Shown here in pieces: positions 1 to 14,419 of a stretch of DNA of 64,000 nt. The stretch is taken from NCBI RefSeq assembly GCF_964355755.1, contig NC_092679.1, positions 21,063,432 to 21,127,431 on the forward strand. Direction: 5' to 3'. Numbering within the stretch: the stretch's first letter is position 1; each line of letters starts with the position of its first letter. A program made the position numbers and the translations under genes. This DNA is from Antedon mediterranea. Its lineage: Eukaryota; Animalia; Echinodermata. Under the pieces are notes generated by a model that worked only from the letters and a program-made list of their open reading frames with translations, was not told the DNA's origin and made no database searches.

Positions 1-352
1 CCATGGACCCTTTTAAGTAGATTACTGGGGCAGTTCTGTCATCTATCAATATTAATAATAATGTTATATGTAAAGACGATGTGTTCCCCCTTACCCTTCA
101 GCCTTTAGTTTCCCAAAACGTTTACAATCAAGGTCTGTCTGTACTTCAATTGACCCATGTTACAGTGCCCCTTACTAAACCGAGCATCACGTTACCCCCA
201 TGCAAGAACATTGTGTTACTCCTTGTCACACTGTGTGTGATGTGGAGGTATAACTAATGGAATGGAATTATGGTTCGTTATTAAAATGTTCACCTACTGT
301 CAAACGTCATTTTTTATCATAACAACAATTCCACTCCCAAATACTTGTTTAA

Positions 353-486
353 AGCTCTGTCTACACTATCAAACTAGACAAAAAAGTGTGATGTGCCCAA
401 ATTTGGTACTATGTGACACCATCATGTCCATATATGGGCACATCACATTTTTTGTCACATAAAGTTTGATAGTGTTTTAATAGAGC
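353..486. mobile_element. MITE family 1 copy (right end degraded)
   Basis: AGCTCTGTCTACACTATCAAACTAG ... AAGTTTGATAGTGT; internal sequence matches the 31571 and 48956 copies. Confidence 0.75.
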
Positions 487-3400
487 AGCTTGTGTATGTA
501 ATTGTCCAGTGAACATATTGCCACCTTTGAGAAAGATAGTGAATTGATAGTTCTTAGCAATATTTCTAAATTTAGAATTTAAAAAACATCTCCCACCCCT
601 TCTTCAAAAGAAAAACATTTATTTTACAAATTATTAAGATATGATACTTACAGAGTGTTGTAGCTGAAACATAGAGTACATGTGAGGTGGGGGAAAAGCA
701 ATATGAATGTATTCAGCTTAGGTCTAAGTATACTGTAATTCATATTTAGTTTAAGGTACTCCAAATGTCTACAGTATACAACTATTGATCGTAATGATTT
801 TATAACAGCAAAGATAAGCACAAAGTGAACACACTAGGCCTATTTAACAACAACATCCACTGTTAACCCCACAACAACGTATTATTTTAGGCAATCCAAA
901 TATTAACTTTATTATATGTTGGAAAATCGTTCATTAACCTTTCTATTCGTCTAAAATGTGATCGGTTGTTTCATGTCCTGGATATAAATTATTTACAATT
1001 ATTTTTTACTATCAATTATTTTCAATTATTTATGCGGATAAATAAATTGCTTTTTTATGTAAAGTGAAATCAACTCCAACTTAAATCAAATTGGATGGAT
1101 GAATTAATCAGTCACGTCCGATTTTATTTTGACGCATTGAACGTCACGCTGACCACAAATTGAGTGAAACTTCTACCGCCAAATGTGATCCTCCATACAC
1201 GTCACTTTTTTTTACTACGCGGCTTCATTACGCCAAAAGTAATCACTATTAAAACTGCTAGTCGCCTATCTCCTTTATCCTTGCCTGTCACATGTCCAAC
1301 CCTCTATATTTGTCTTCTTCCCTACATATATGTTTCCTTATATTACCCCACTTCAGTCAATGTAATAAAGGGGGTCGTGACATAAACCCCTGGAAACTGC
1401 GCGTCGCTGGAAATGATTTCCGTCCATCACTCCTAAGGCTTATTCTGATTTTCAATCATTAATAGATATGGACATTATTTAAAATCGTAAACGGCAGGTG
1501 GAGGTTTCAGTGGTCGATCGTGACAGGGCAATTTTAAGAAAACAATAAAGACAGGCATAGGCCTAATAAGTAAGGGTCCAAGTTGGCGGGTTAGGGACGG
1601 CTCTTGGGGGTCGTGAAGTAGGAGTGGTGTACGCCTAGAAATCGTGTACTAACATGCGTTGACGTCTTTGATATTTATAGTAAACTGTTTTTTTTTTTGT
1701 ATTATTGTATAATGAAGTCGGTTTCAATGTGACAATCAAGCTGTTTTGAAAGTAATATGCTCTACTTTAGTTTGGATTGGCAATAAAAAGGACTAATTTT
1801 TGTAATCCACTTACAAAGAAAAAGTGAAGTGATTTGTGATGTTAAGTTTAAACTATACTCTGTCAATCTTTTTATGTTACAAGTTGTTGTAAAACTAGGA
1901 AAATATTACATTGATTTTAAATAGATTTTACCATGAATTTTCTGAAATTGTCCAAAAGAATATTAATAAAATAGAGAGAAAATACATCCATGCCAGGTAA
2001 CATCCAAAATACAGAATTTGTTTAAATTCGTGAGAATATTTCTTAATTTCTATAGAATCAAATTTGACAAGAATAATTTTAAATTGTCATATTGATTCTA
2101 TAGGCATATTTGAATAAGTTACGACCTCTCTTAGAAAGGATACTAATGCATAATTTGTTTCATGAATGTCAGTTGCTTCAATCAAGTGTTATCCAATAAT
2201 TACGAGCAAAAAATGAATCATCAAAAAAGAAAATATAAATAGAGCAGATTAGGTATACTTATAAGTGAAACTCTTTCAAGTTATATTGAATAAAATAATA
2301 CTGATTGATAACTGCTATTATGACATGGATACTTCCTGTCAAAAAGATCGTGACATCCGACAGATAATTCTTAATCAGGGGAATATTAAAATATCAAAAT
2401 TTATCGGTATCTTAGGAACCCCGTTAAACACAGTAAAATCAACTAGAACTGTGTCTACAGCCAGAAACAAAGCGCCACCTCTACTCTCCTTGTTATGCAT
2501 ATCCACAACCGAAAGTTGAGCTCTGATATCTCCGTAGGCTAAGGTTTTATTTAGTCAACAAATAGTCGTATCCAAGACACGAACATTTTATTTTAGTGAA
2601 TCAATGTTGATGATTTTGATTAAGACAAACACTTCGTTTATACTTGGGATATACAAAGAATGACGTGTTTGCAGAGATATTTGCCTGACGGCTGGATTTA
2701 AGACAACGATTTGCCAACGGCTGGATCATCAAAACAGTTCCATCAACATGTAGTTGCTATGGAGTTAGCCTAATTTTTAAAAGAGAAAGCAACTTTGTAG
2801 CCTGGTGTTTTGATCGATTGACATGTCCTTCAAAAGCCAACATTATTTTTAGTTTCTTAGAATTGCGAGGGCGAGAAAGACTAAAACAAAGCTCTAAACA
2901 AGTTTACCTTTATAGTTTATAGTAACGAAATATTCAAATAAATTTCATAAAATTTTATAAATTTCAGAAAATTAAATGTATCATTACATCTTCTGTTGTT
3001 AATGTTATTTTGTGCATCGCTCTGCTTTGTTTTTGTTCTCGATATATTGTATAGAGAATAAAAACGATTACAACTTTAGTGTTTATCACTATCAAACACT
3101 GTATTTCAATATATTTCAAGCTTTGCATTCGATCGATTCCATGTACATTTAATATTATTAGATTGGGTTCTATGGATCTTCAGTAGCTTAATGAGTATGT
3201 TCGTGATTGTTTGAGTTTCTTGCTTGCAATCAGGTTTTTGTTATCTATTGGAATATCTTCCGCAAAAAGTTCGGCCATTGTTGAAGATAAATGATTCTGT
3301 TGTATAACTTTATTTTCTAACTCTTAAAACTCCTTTTTTTTGGCAACGTATCATAGCTTGTCTGTAGTCGTCCATATATTAGCAATTTAATCAAATGTTG

Positions 3401-6400
3401 TTTTTTTAAAACGTAATTTAATAAACTTGTTTGCTTACTGTAAATTTTATTTCTTACAACCAATTAACGTAAAATGCCTTTTACACAATCAAGTAAATTA
3501 CTTGATCAAATTATTCGAACAAAAGAAACATTTGTATTGTTAGTACATTTAAGAACAAAAGTGTCGATTAGCCCACAAAACACAAGATAAACGAATATAC
3601 ATTCTCGCATCAAACGGACGAATACGAAACATACGTTGCCTCAGGTGTTCATATCAAGTAGAACAACACATATCAATTGCATAATTTCCCTTGGAATTTA
3701 ATTTGAAACCAGTACACATATACACAACTCATTACGCGTTTAGGGAGTTATACACCGAGAGAGACGAATCGAGCATGTTGATATAAAAACTACGCTCACA
3801 TGTAAAATTATCATGGTCTTTATAATGGCGACGAGGACATTGAGACAATCCCAAGAGAAGCACTATATAAAACATCATTCGATTCGATTGTTACAATGTA
3901 TCACTTAAATTATTCTATTTAAGGGAATCTAATTTATACTTCATTTAATTCATCACTTTGCCAATAAATAATGTCGATTGTAGACAAACTGGACCTAATT
4001 TCTATCGCCAGGGGCCAGCGTTTAGCACATTAAACGTCCGCAGGCCTGTGTGGACTGCGGAGCAACAAGCAGGTGGACGTACGTAAGAATTTAGTCAGTC
4101 ACTGGATAAGCATTGCGTTAATTGAGAAAGTCGTGCGTCGCCTGGTCAGTTCCACATTTTTCTATGTTCATAAAATAGCATAATTAACAATTTTCTCATA
4201 AAATATTGGAATAAATTGCTCATTTTTTAGACAATCGAATCCAAAAAGTGGATTGAAATTTCCTTGACATTCATTTTATTTCTCTTATTTGTTTTGTGAC
4301 AGGTATCACAACATTGAATAAAATCGTGATATACTGAAATAAATAAATAAATAACAAAATATATTTTATTGTATGTCTTTTAAGATGATAAGACAAAACT
4401 GTGGTTAAAAAGAAATATAGAGAACTAATGATGGCGGTTAGTTATGAAATAAATTACTGGAAAATGCGATATAAATCAATATTTATATGTCGATAATCCA
4501 CGGCTGAAATCCTGACTTAAACCATCTCAACATTATATTTTTCAGATCTCTATAGATAATAGCAGTCATAATTAAATCATTTTATATCGTCAATTTTCCA
4601 CAGAGAATAAGAACCACGGCGTCGAATATATGACGGGAAGGTGTCGTGAGTCGTTGCTGAAACAAAGGTCTGAACGAGTTCAGTTCACACGGAGTCACAA
4701 CATAACATTTTGTGTACTTAAAAGGTATTCTCACCCTTACTAATCACTTAGATGCATCTCTGGTTCATTTGGAATAAAAAATACCATGTGTGCATGTACC
4801 TGTTGGGACAAGACAAGACGTCTTAGTTCTTCCAATGGATTCGATTCTCATAGTTTGCCATCACTTAATTGCCGAAAATTAATTTTTGTTCAGCATATGT
4901 TATTTTAATGTTATTGATTTAGACACTCTGAAACAAACTTTCAGGTGGCATAATAAATTGTCATCTAAACGATGCTTTAAAATGTTAAATGATGGTGCAT
5001 AATTCCCCCTGAAGAATAGAACCAAATCGTAGATGTGTAGCGTAATGGAAAGATCTCAATTTGCAACGACCTAGGACCTGGGAACTAGTTATTACGTCAT
5101 GTTGTCATCAATGTGCGCAGGCGCTGATTCGATTCGATTCTTTAGACAGTTGGTAGATACAGGTCCAACGGCACCATAGCCTGTATGTCCAAGACGTGTT
5201 TTTTTCTTAGAGGTTTTAATTTCAATTTCTTTTATTTCGGAAATATTTCATCCATATCAAACAAGTTAGAAAAAGAAAAATCAAATTCGCAAACTCTAAG
5301 CTTAAATAAATAGTATAGTTTATATACCTTTACAATCTAAATGATGATATACTGTCAACTGTAGTTTTACATTTATAACCAAAACATTTGGCTTAAAAGA
5401 CAAATAACTTCTAACTCCACTTGATATTTTTTTAATATTAGTATCTTTTCCCATATTTGGAGAGAGATTAAATTTGATATAACAATAATTTCCGCTTGTC
5501 ACTTTAAGGAAGGTCGTTTTTGACAGATATGCCATTCCATACGTTGCACGCAAATTCTTCAAACCGTAAACTCGCACTTTGGTAAAATAAAATGTTTCTT
5601 TACGAGGAACCCACTTTTCATTCTATTTTCAATGTTTTATGATTGTAAAACATATTGCATATATCTGCATAACTGTCTGCAAACATTCCATATTGTTGAT
5701 GAATACACATAAGAATTTTTTAATATCAAAATTATATTGTTTGGATTCTGTTTGGTTAACTGGCTCAGCTACAGTGATTTAGTTCACTTAGGTTGACCCT
5801 AGTTTCCCCAACTCAGTTTTGTTGTTATGTAAATATTGAAAAGGACAAAATAAATAATAAAATATTCTTTTAAAAATCTTAAATTTAAACAATATTCTTC
5901 AATTTGTTCCTGATGCAAGTTAGTTTGCAATATATTTTGTAATTTCTATTTTTTTTTTGCGCAATCTTTAATAGTTTAATAGTCAAAATGAAAATTGCAA
6001 GGTACATGTCAAAATGATTAAATAATGTTTCTATTCTGAAAGTTTGGTAGACAAATCAAATGAATTTATCTGAAAATTATTGTTTTGTTTTACAAGAAAC
6101 TTTAAGAATAAACATTTTATAAACAATTCGATTAGTGTGTTCTATGCCTAGTTATGCCTATTGTGAAAATTAGTCCGCGTTCACAAACACAAACATTAAT
6201 GACATGAATTTAACAACTACAAAAATAGAATTCAATTTGTTTCATATTCTTCAGAAATGTTTTTTTTTTATAACTTATGATTTGAACTTTTGATAAAAGG
6301 GCAAAACTAACAATCGCTTGGAAAAAAATGCGTTACTATTGTATAAAAAAACTGTTCGAAGGTTTGAACAAACAGTTCAGGCATCTGGCCGACTGGTTCA

Positions 6401-8365
6401 ACTTATTTCAATATATTTGATTAAAATTACAGCGTATAGTGATTACAAATGTCCAATTCATTACGTTTTTTTAGTTGAAGTAGCCGGTGTTATAAACGAT
6501 CTCAAACTGTTAATTAATATCGCATTTCCGAATGACTTATACCGTAATGGCATGTTTACCCTTTCGTGGTCGGCCCGTTGATTTACCGATTTAAGAAGAG
6601 TTGTTTTCGTTACTCAAACTTACGAAGTAATCACCTTTTTCTTAGTCCAAGTGTAAAATAGTATTACCACGAGTATTATTATCGATATATTGAGTATCTT
6701 GTGGATATTATAGGCAATGAATTGCGTTTGGAAATCCATTGAGGTGTCGCAGAACAGATTCTTGTCTCTAGAGCCTGCGTTTCATCTGTTTCATCAACTT
6801 AATCAATTGTAAACACTCTTACTGCATACACACAATATGTATAAATTAACTGAACGTCGACTTTCTCATATAATTCTGCTCTTGAATAAATCTATCTAGA
6901 GAAGAATGTTTTTTTTTAATGATTAAACAAAATGAAACGGTATGTTTCTTTGTTCAAAGGGTCGGTCAGGATCACCTCAGATCACCTGTTATGCCTTACT
7001 TAACTTTTCACAAAATAAAAAATGAAAACTTTTTTTCTTTTGGACAAATTTTTGCAGTGGCAGATTTAAATATTGTTGAAATAAAAGCCGATTTAAAATT
7101 AAGTCAATTAAAAACAAGGCCAACAGCCATAAGTCGCGTGCTAAAACGCATAGTGATAGCGGACCTACAGACAGACCGACCGACCGACCACGCGATTAAA
7201 AACCAAAGAAATTAAAGGGGAAAAAACAAAACGAAAAACACACAAAAAAAAATAAATGTAAAACTAAAAATAAATTGGGCTTATGTTTAGTATTGAAAGT
7301 TCAAAATTATAAATACATTAAATGGACGAAGCAGAACATTGTGTCGGAATGCCTGTAACAAAATAAACTGGAAGGAAATAAAAATTAGTTTTAAAAACAA
7401 TTAGTAGGCCTATGTGATTGGTTTTTGTTTGTCTTCTTTCTTAAATGTAAGGGAATGAGATGGGTCTTCCTTAGATTGGATCCGTCAATGTTTATTACAC
7501 AGTAATGTTGCTCATGGTAAAATGTGTTGTTCTGTTTTTGGTTAGCATGTAGGCCTACAGACAGCAGAAATAGAATGCCTAGGCTTATTCATGTTTCATG
7601 CCCTAGATTACGGATATGCCCTACTTATGTTGGGTACAATGTAGGCCTAGTTCGTTAAGGGGCGGGTCATATCTATCCAGTCAGCTCGGCGTAGGCTGCT
7701 GCTGTACCAGGTTCAGCAAAATAAATATTGAAATTCTCTAGGGGCTTAGACACTCGCAATATTAACACTGGACGGAAATAAACCCAGTAGCTGACAAGCG
7801 ATATTGCCAATTAGAATAACTGTAAACAGCTGATTTGTTTAGTACTACTGTTGTAAGGTGGTACAGTCGTTTGAATGTAAACCGCAATACAGGCCCAGTT
7901 TTAACGTATGTCTATATTTTATGCCCGGTGACGCGTCCCAATTTTCTAAACAGACGTAGGTTTGTACTATGAAAACAAACAATTTCCAAATAAAAACCTT
8001 GAATTTTTATTTTCTTATGTTAATAATAATTTTTGGGATTTTGATCAGTCAATCAATCAATCAATCAATCATAGAATTTAATATTTCTTGTAACAATTAT
8101 AATACAAAACAGTAAAAGTCACTTCGACAAAATTATAATGAAATATAAATATATGTTTAGGCCTAAGCAATATAATGTAAAAGAATTCGAATAATAATAA
8201 TAATATACATCATCAGTATTAAACGTTTACGTCACTATAAAGAAGTAATTCAACCAGAGACCACCCACCCAACAAATACAGTATTAGATTAATTAAAATA
8301 TGATGATTTTGAATGATAGAAATAGAATAATACAATAGTCATCGATGTGTTAACATTCCTAGATT

Positions 8366-8388
8366 ATATATATATATATATATATATA
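8366..8388. repeat. (TA)n microsatellite; (CAAT)n at 8049-8070 nearby
   Basis: Direct reading. Confidence 0.9.
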
Positions 8389-10254
8389 ACCCAATTATCA
8401 TGAATATGTTCATGTCAATCAGTCAATTATATTATATACAGAATAGAGAATAAGTAAAAAATAGCACTTAAACAGAACTTCTGATAACAAAACAACATTT
8501 TATTCCGGCGAATGAAATGTTTTGCAAAAATATGGGATAAACTATAAATGAAAATGAATTGTCTGTTATTACCTTGCCATCCGTAACGCATTATTTTGTT
8601 GTCGTTAACGTCTAATTGTTGCGGAAATTATTCCGATTTAAACATTTATGGAAGCTCAACTAAAATACTGATAAACCAAGGTCTTGTTCATTTATATTTA
8701 TCACATAATCTTGATTTCTAGTGTTTTTATTGTACGAGTTACTTTCCGGTTGTTAAGGACAGGTAGAATAAAACATGAAATGAAATGATATCCTTTTGGA
8801 TGCACATATTGAACAGAAAAAAATGATGTCATATCACTACCATATTTGAGCATATCACTACCATATTTGGCCATATTTGGTCATATTCCTATCATATTAC
8901 CACCATATTTGGCCATATCACTTTTATATTTGTCAAACTAGTTTGATAGTTTCGACAGAGCTTTAGGTAGAATACTTTTTCTTCTCAGTTAATTCTGAAG
9001 AAAAAATGATAATAATGATGTCACACAAAAATTAATTCAGTTATTTATTCATTCTTCCTTCCATTTGTCAATCTCTTTTTTCTCCTTTTGTCATTATTTC
9101 TCTCATTCTTCCTTTTATACCTGAAATTACCGGTGATTTATTTCATCACCATTATTGGAAGAAAATCTTTGTGGCTTCGATTCTTGGAAACTTTTCATCA
9201 TGAAAATTGCTTAATTTATCACATATTGATTGATATTGATTGATATACTGTATCTTCTTTCTAAATTGTTATTTATACTCTGTAATTGATTTATGAGTAA
9301 AGGGCTTAATTATAACCTTCATTAATCCATATCAATTTCTTAACCGTTGACTTTTTAATGGCTTCAATTTTACTATGAAAATTAAATCTCCAGAATTGCT
9401 TTCTGAAATGATGAGAATGAACCAGTGCCTGGTAGGTATCACGACTGTAATAATAATTCGACAGCAAGTATTTCTAATTAGATCGGTCACAATGTTTCAT
9501 CTATCGACAGAGGTCAATCGCCAAAGATTGACCCCATGCCGGATTAGATTAAAATTTTAATATTATTATCATTTTTAAGTGAGGTCTCGAGAAGCGTGTA
9601 CATTTCTGGTCCGTAATTCATTCGCTAATTCATTCTGACCCCCAAACTATTCCTTGTCGTACTCTCTTTATTCAATAAAATTGCATAGCTGTTAAAATCA
9701 GTTCCAATGGGAATAACAACCGTACATTATGTAGAGTAAACTACTAGTGTCCTTCTACGTTCGACCTATATTCATCTTACCCAGAATACACTCATGTGGT
9801 TCAGATATTAAATTATCGTATACGTCGAGACACTTGCGTTGTCTGTTTTGAAATGTTCAAACGAATGTGTCATTTTATAGAATGCTTCATGATTTTTTAC
9901 CCAAATCCAAGGTAAAGGAATGCGGACACCTTTCACCATGCACCATACCAGTTGTAGAAGTCATAAAGCGGTCTCATACGACCCCTACTTTTCCGGCCGT
10001 TTTTTTCTACTCTGAGCGTTAGCAGACGAGATTATTTGGTGAATCAGAAATAATATTAAGTACATTGAAACATGACAGACCTCACTAGCCTCACTTTACA
10101 GGAAATTGCTTGCCAAAAAGAATTGGTGAAAACTGTGATGCTGTTTTGCCCAGGTTTCAAACATTTGAAGAATGTGGTAGTAATTGTAGAAAATAGGTTC
10201 TCGAGTTTCGAGAGATCAGTTATTATAGATAATGTTAGAACAAAACCAGTGTAT

Positions 10255-10372
10255 TGATATTTTTATTGTTTTATATATTGTATGTGTTTTTAAGCATTAA
10301 GGAAAACCAATTTCATGTTCGCCTTGTTGTTGTTGTGTTCATGAAAATAAAGATTTATCTTATCTTATCTTA
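10255..10372 (+). mobile_element. LINE 3' tail fragment
   Basis: TTTCATG...CATGAAA hairpin, AATAAAG and an (ATCTT)n tail. Confidence 0.5.
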
Positions 10373-10651
10373 TTTTTCTCAATAATCGTCCAGACACAAT
10401 GACAATTTAAGTATTTTTTGCTTTAAATCACATTTTTTTCAGGTAAACACTTTTTGGTTAACGTAAATAACTATTATGTGACAATTAAAATGACACATTC
10501 AAAAACAAATTTAAAAAAAATTTTTTTTTTAGTGGGGACATTATGTCTTTAAAACTGTTACGTCACACAAGCGAGCAGCGTTTTATGTAAGAAATATTTC
10601 TTTTTTTGTTAATTTCGCATACTTCATATCAGTAACATTGCGATCATAAGA

Positions 10652-10856
10652 GCAGAATAAACCAACATAACTATAGTGTACACACCGACAAAATAGGTGA
10701 ATAGTTATTTACCCGGGCAAGTTGGTTCCTTTCCATCATTAAAGTTAGCTATAAAATGTGCCCATAAAACCAACTTACCCGGTTAAGTAACTTATGTTTA
10801 AACGGACACCTGTCTGACAGTATGTACACCTGTATAGTTATGCTGATTTATTCCAC
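10652..10856. repeat. Imperfect inverted repeat (old MITE)
   Basis: GAATAAACCAACATAACTATA...ACCCGGGCAAGTTGGTT versus AACCAACTTACCCGGT...TATAGTTATGCTGATTTATTC. Confidence 0.6.
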
Positions 10857-12698
10857 TTGTAACAATACAGATGTGGGCCTGTCATAATACAATATCCCTT
10901 AGATGTAATGAATTAATCTGCAAACTTCAGGCAGTGTAGTCACTTTTTTTTCTTGGTTTAAAAGCTCGTATTTTCGGGGTAATAGGCGATTTTTTAACCT
11001 AATAATAGAGAGAATATAAACAACGTTAAAAAAACGACTATTGAAGATCTGCTAATCTAATTATTGAACAGAACTCATCCACTCACTTTTTAACGGTTTC
11101 ACAGTAAAACTTACAAGAAATAGATTACATTGACTTCCTAAAAATGGTTAATGACCTAGGTTGCTGTCGAGAAAAAATTCACCCCAACACATTTCAACCT
11201 TTTTTTTTTGTAAAATAAATTTGTCATGTCATGTACTTAACACGCGTTTAAAATGTGCACACTCATAATAGTAAATACCAGTTGTGTTTTCTAGGCCTCG
11301 TACACTTCTGGTTTCTAGGCCGACACAATTACGTATCGGGCTGCTTCCAAAGTAGGTCAGGCCCCAGAGTATGTCGCTACAGGGCAAGGGGTCATACAGT
11401 GCCAGCTTATGTTTCTTTTAATCCTGGGTTTCTCTGAATTATGGGTGAACTATTTGGGGCTACTGAGTATAATAAATGCCGCGCTACTTTTGCACAGACG
11501 TTATTGTTTGCTAATTGTGGAACAATTTTGTTATAATATCATTTTTTTTAATAGAATTTTAATCGTTGGGATATTTGACATTGTTGGGTCTTTTTCTGGG
11601 ACAAGGTTGAACGAATGTACTGTATGTATAGATCCAATTAAACAGTGATTTTTGTAACAGGTTGCAAGTTCATTTGTCATAACAACGCATTGGATTCTGA
11701 TGTTTAAATAATACCCGTTAATCACAACTATTTATAAAAAAAAATATAACAAATAAATAAATAAAAAGTCTGTCCTCCCAATTTAAAACTATTGGCTATT
11801 TTACTTGATTTGTTTACTACTTTATAAAAAATAAATAAATAAATAAAAATTATTCCATTTTGACGAAGTCTTTCTTCTTCCCAGTTTCACAGGGTTCAGT
11901 TGGTTTCCACAGGGGGAGCAAGGGCAAATAGAGTTACGCGTAACGCAAGCGATCTGGCCAATCACAAACGGATGTCGGTTGAGATGGTCAGGAGTATAAC
12001 AAATTACAATATAAGCATTTTAGAAGTACTCACTGAATTCAGGCCGACTAGATAATTAGGATTGTTAGTAAAGAACCCCGGTCCTGGAACTACTGTAGTA
12101 GGCTTCAGTAGGCTTAGCTTAAATATCATCTTATTTTTCTATATTATCTTTCATTAGATGCAAACCATTATTCTTGGTTTTCCCCTGACGTGTTTGTAAA
12201 ATAATTTTTAACAATAAAATTGAAATCGTTTATAGAGAATCATAAACATGGATGTACCGTCTTCTTAATTGACAGTTTTACCGGCCTCCAGAGGGCTTGC
12301 TGAAATCAATACCACGTAAAAACAAAGCGATTTCTTGCAGAAAATACGCAATTAATCGAGTCGTTATGAAAACCACCGTAATTGCTACAAGCGCCAAGGG
12401 GCGCATGTTGACGCATGCGCATTTTGAACGTTACGTGTTGAGTGATGTGGTCATGCACCCACGCATGTAATGTTGGTCTAAAATCTTTTGGGATTAGGTC
12501 CTGTCGATCCCAATTGAATGCTCATAAAAAATCAGTATCATTTAAGTTTTGCCTATACTTTTGCATTTTTGCATATACGCGGGACTATTTTGCACACAAT
12601 CAGTCCGGCATTCAGAGTGATTTGTGTGTGTGGTAAAACACGGTGTAATCACACTTGCGCAGCTATATTGGATGCTGTGCTCAACGCATCCTTCATAA

Positions 12699-12900
12699 AG
12701 CTTGGTTCCCACTAGCGACGCAACGTAACGCAATCTACGCAACGTAAGAAAATACCCTTCTAATAATTGTGTTTTCCCCCGCCTGCGTGTAATCAAACCT
12801 GTTTGTAGCACTGTTCCGTCGTCGGTTCCCACTTGTGATTACGCAATACAGCACTTTGCGTCAATACGTCGCTGCGTTGCGTTCTAGTGGGAACCACGCT
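12699..12900. mobile_element. Harbinger-like MITE family 2 (AGCTTGGTTCCCACTAG TIR)
   Basis: TAA|AGCTTGGTTCCCACTAGCGACGCAACG ... CGTTCTAGTGGGAACCACGCT|TTA. Related copies at ~16350-16433, ~16490-16720, ~45396-45550, ~60585-60915. Confidence 0.8.
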
Positions 12901-14419
12901 TTAGTTACTCTATTGGCAACCAAACTATATACAGGCATGTGTTGTTGGTATGACATAATACCACAGATGTAAGTAAATGACTTAATAATAAGCATGCTTC
13001 CGTATTATCAGAGTATCCCCTTGGTTTCCAATCTCAGAAAATCGAACGCTGTACACATTCACCCACAGTGTGAACGAGATTATAGTTTTGAAAAAGGAAG
13101 ATGTTTTGATTGTATGTAATATGTAAGTAAAGTGTTCGTTAATGATTGCAAATGAACGTGATTGTGATTTCACTATAGGTACGATAATTGTAAGCTAATC
13201 TTGATATTTGTCGTCATAAAATTAGTCTACATTTTGCGTGGGTCATGGCTACATCCTTTGTTAATCGCTATCTGCTTAAGCTTTTGTTTACAACGAAAGT
13301 GGGCTATTTTGGCAAACATGCATGTTATTTACAGCAGCTAGGAGGGAGAAAATCAGACAACTGTAAAAAGACGACCTTAATGTGAAGGTTTCGCGTCACG
13401 GATCAACTCAAATCCCTTCCATGCGTGTTAAATTTTGTAACGCAATGTTGCGTTACCTATAGAATGTAACACACGAGAAACGCATTTAGCATAGTTGAAA
13501 GAACATTCTCCATATCCTATTCTTTAATAAGATAGTATCCCATACCAATTAGGGTCGTTTTGGCTCCAAGGGAATACATAGCGGTGATGGGTTGCAAACT
13601 TACCGTCTCATCCGAAACCCCCGAGTGCCGATGATGACAATGTAGTAAGTTAACGATAACAAAAAGTTTATTTTTTAAAGAAATTAGAAACATGTGAATC
13701 TGATTCAATTATGTGATTAATGATTTTGGTTTGTATTCAGCAGCACGTTTTGAAATATTTACTTTGAAGACAAACGCGTAAAAATGGGTTATATTCATTT
13801 AAGAGCCTTTACTTTTTTTGTCGTCATTATTACTATCACTTTAATGCAGATGATTGAATAAATGTTTACGTCTTCAAAAATTATCTGCTGTCTGCGCGTC
13901 AAAATTATATGTAATCTAAAAATAAAACATTTCAAGGTACCATCTTCAATTGTTTATTAGTTGTCCAATATCTTAATTTGTCTTGTCATTAAATAATCAA
14001 TATGGAATAGAGAAGTCATGACGGCCGTAACAGTGTCAATTAGAGAACCTTATATATGTAAATGTTGTGTTGTATGTCCACTTACTTTGGTGTACACATT
14101 TCTGACCGCCTACAGACTGCTTACGTGAGCGTATTATAAGGTTTCGAATTAAAATTTGTTATGTTTAATTAGACGTTTCTTCACACATTTGTGTAATTAT
14201 AAGTACTGTCAGATTGTGGTTGCAGAAATTGACAGAATTACTCGTATGGTAAACTCAGGGCCTACCAATAGACTAATTTGATCACATAATTAATGGCCTA
14301 GTTGAGAACCTGTTAATTACATGTCTTAGTTGTTCTACCTAACTACTCATTAGGGTGTAGCCTATAATTGTATAACTACGTCTAAACTAAAACAGGAAAT
14401 AGTCCTGACCGCGTTCGTT

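Noticed and set aside
70-10552. Single 10-kb Kolobok element bounded by TAAAGACGATGTGTTCCCC and GGGGACATTATGTCTTTAA
   Set aside because: The ends match only loosely, the left TTAA is absent and no transposase is seen between them. More likely independent fragments.
1-14300. Short ORFs (60-98 aa) in the first 14 kb
   Set aside because: Low-complexity AT-rich translations, several overlapping MITEs. I could find no domain motifs or consistent splice-flanked exon chain.
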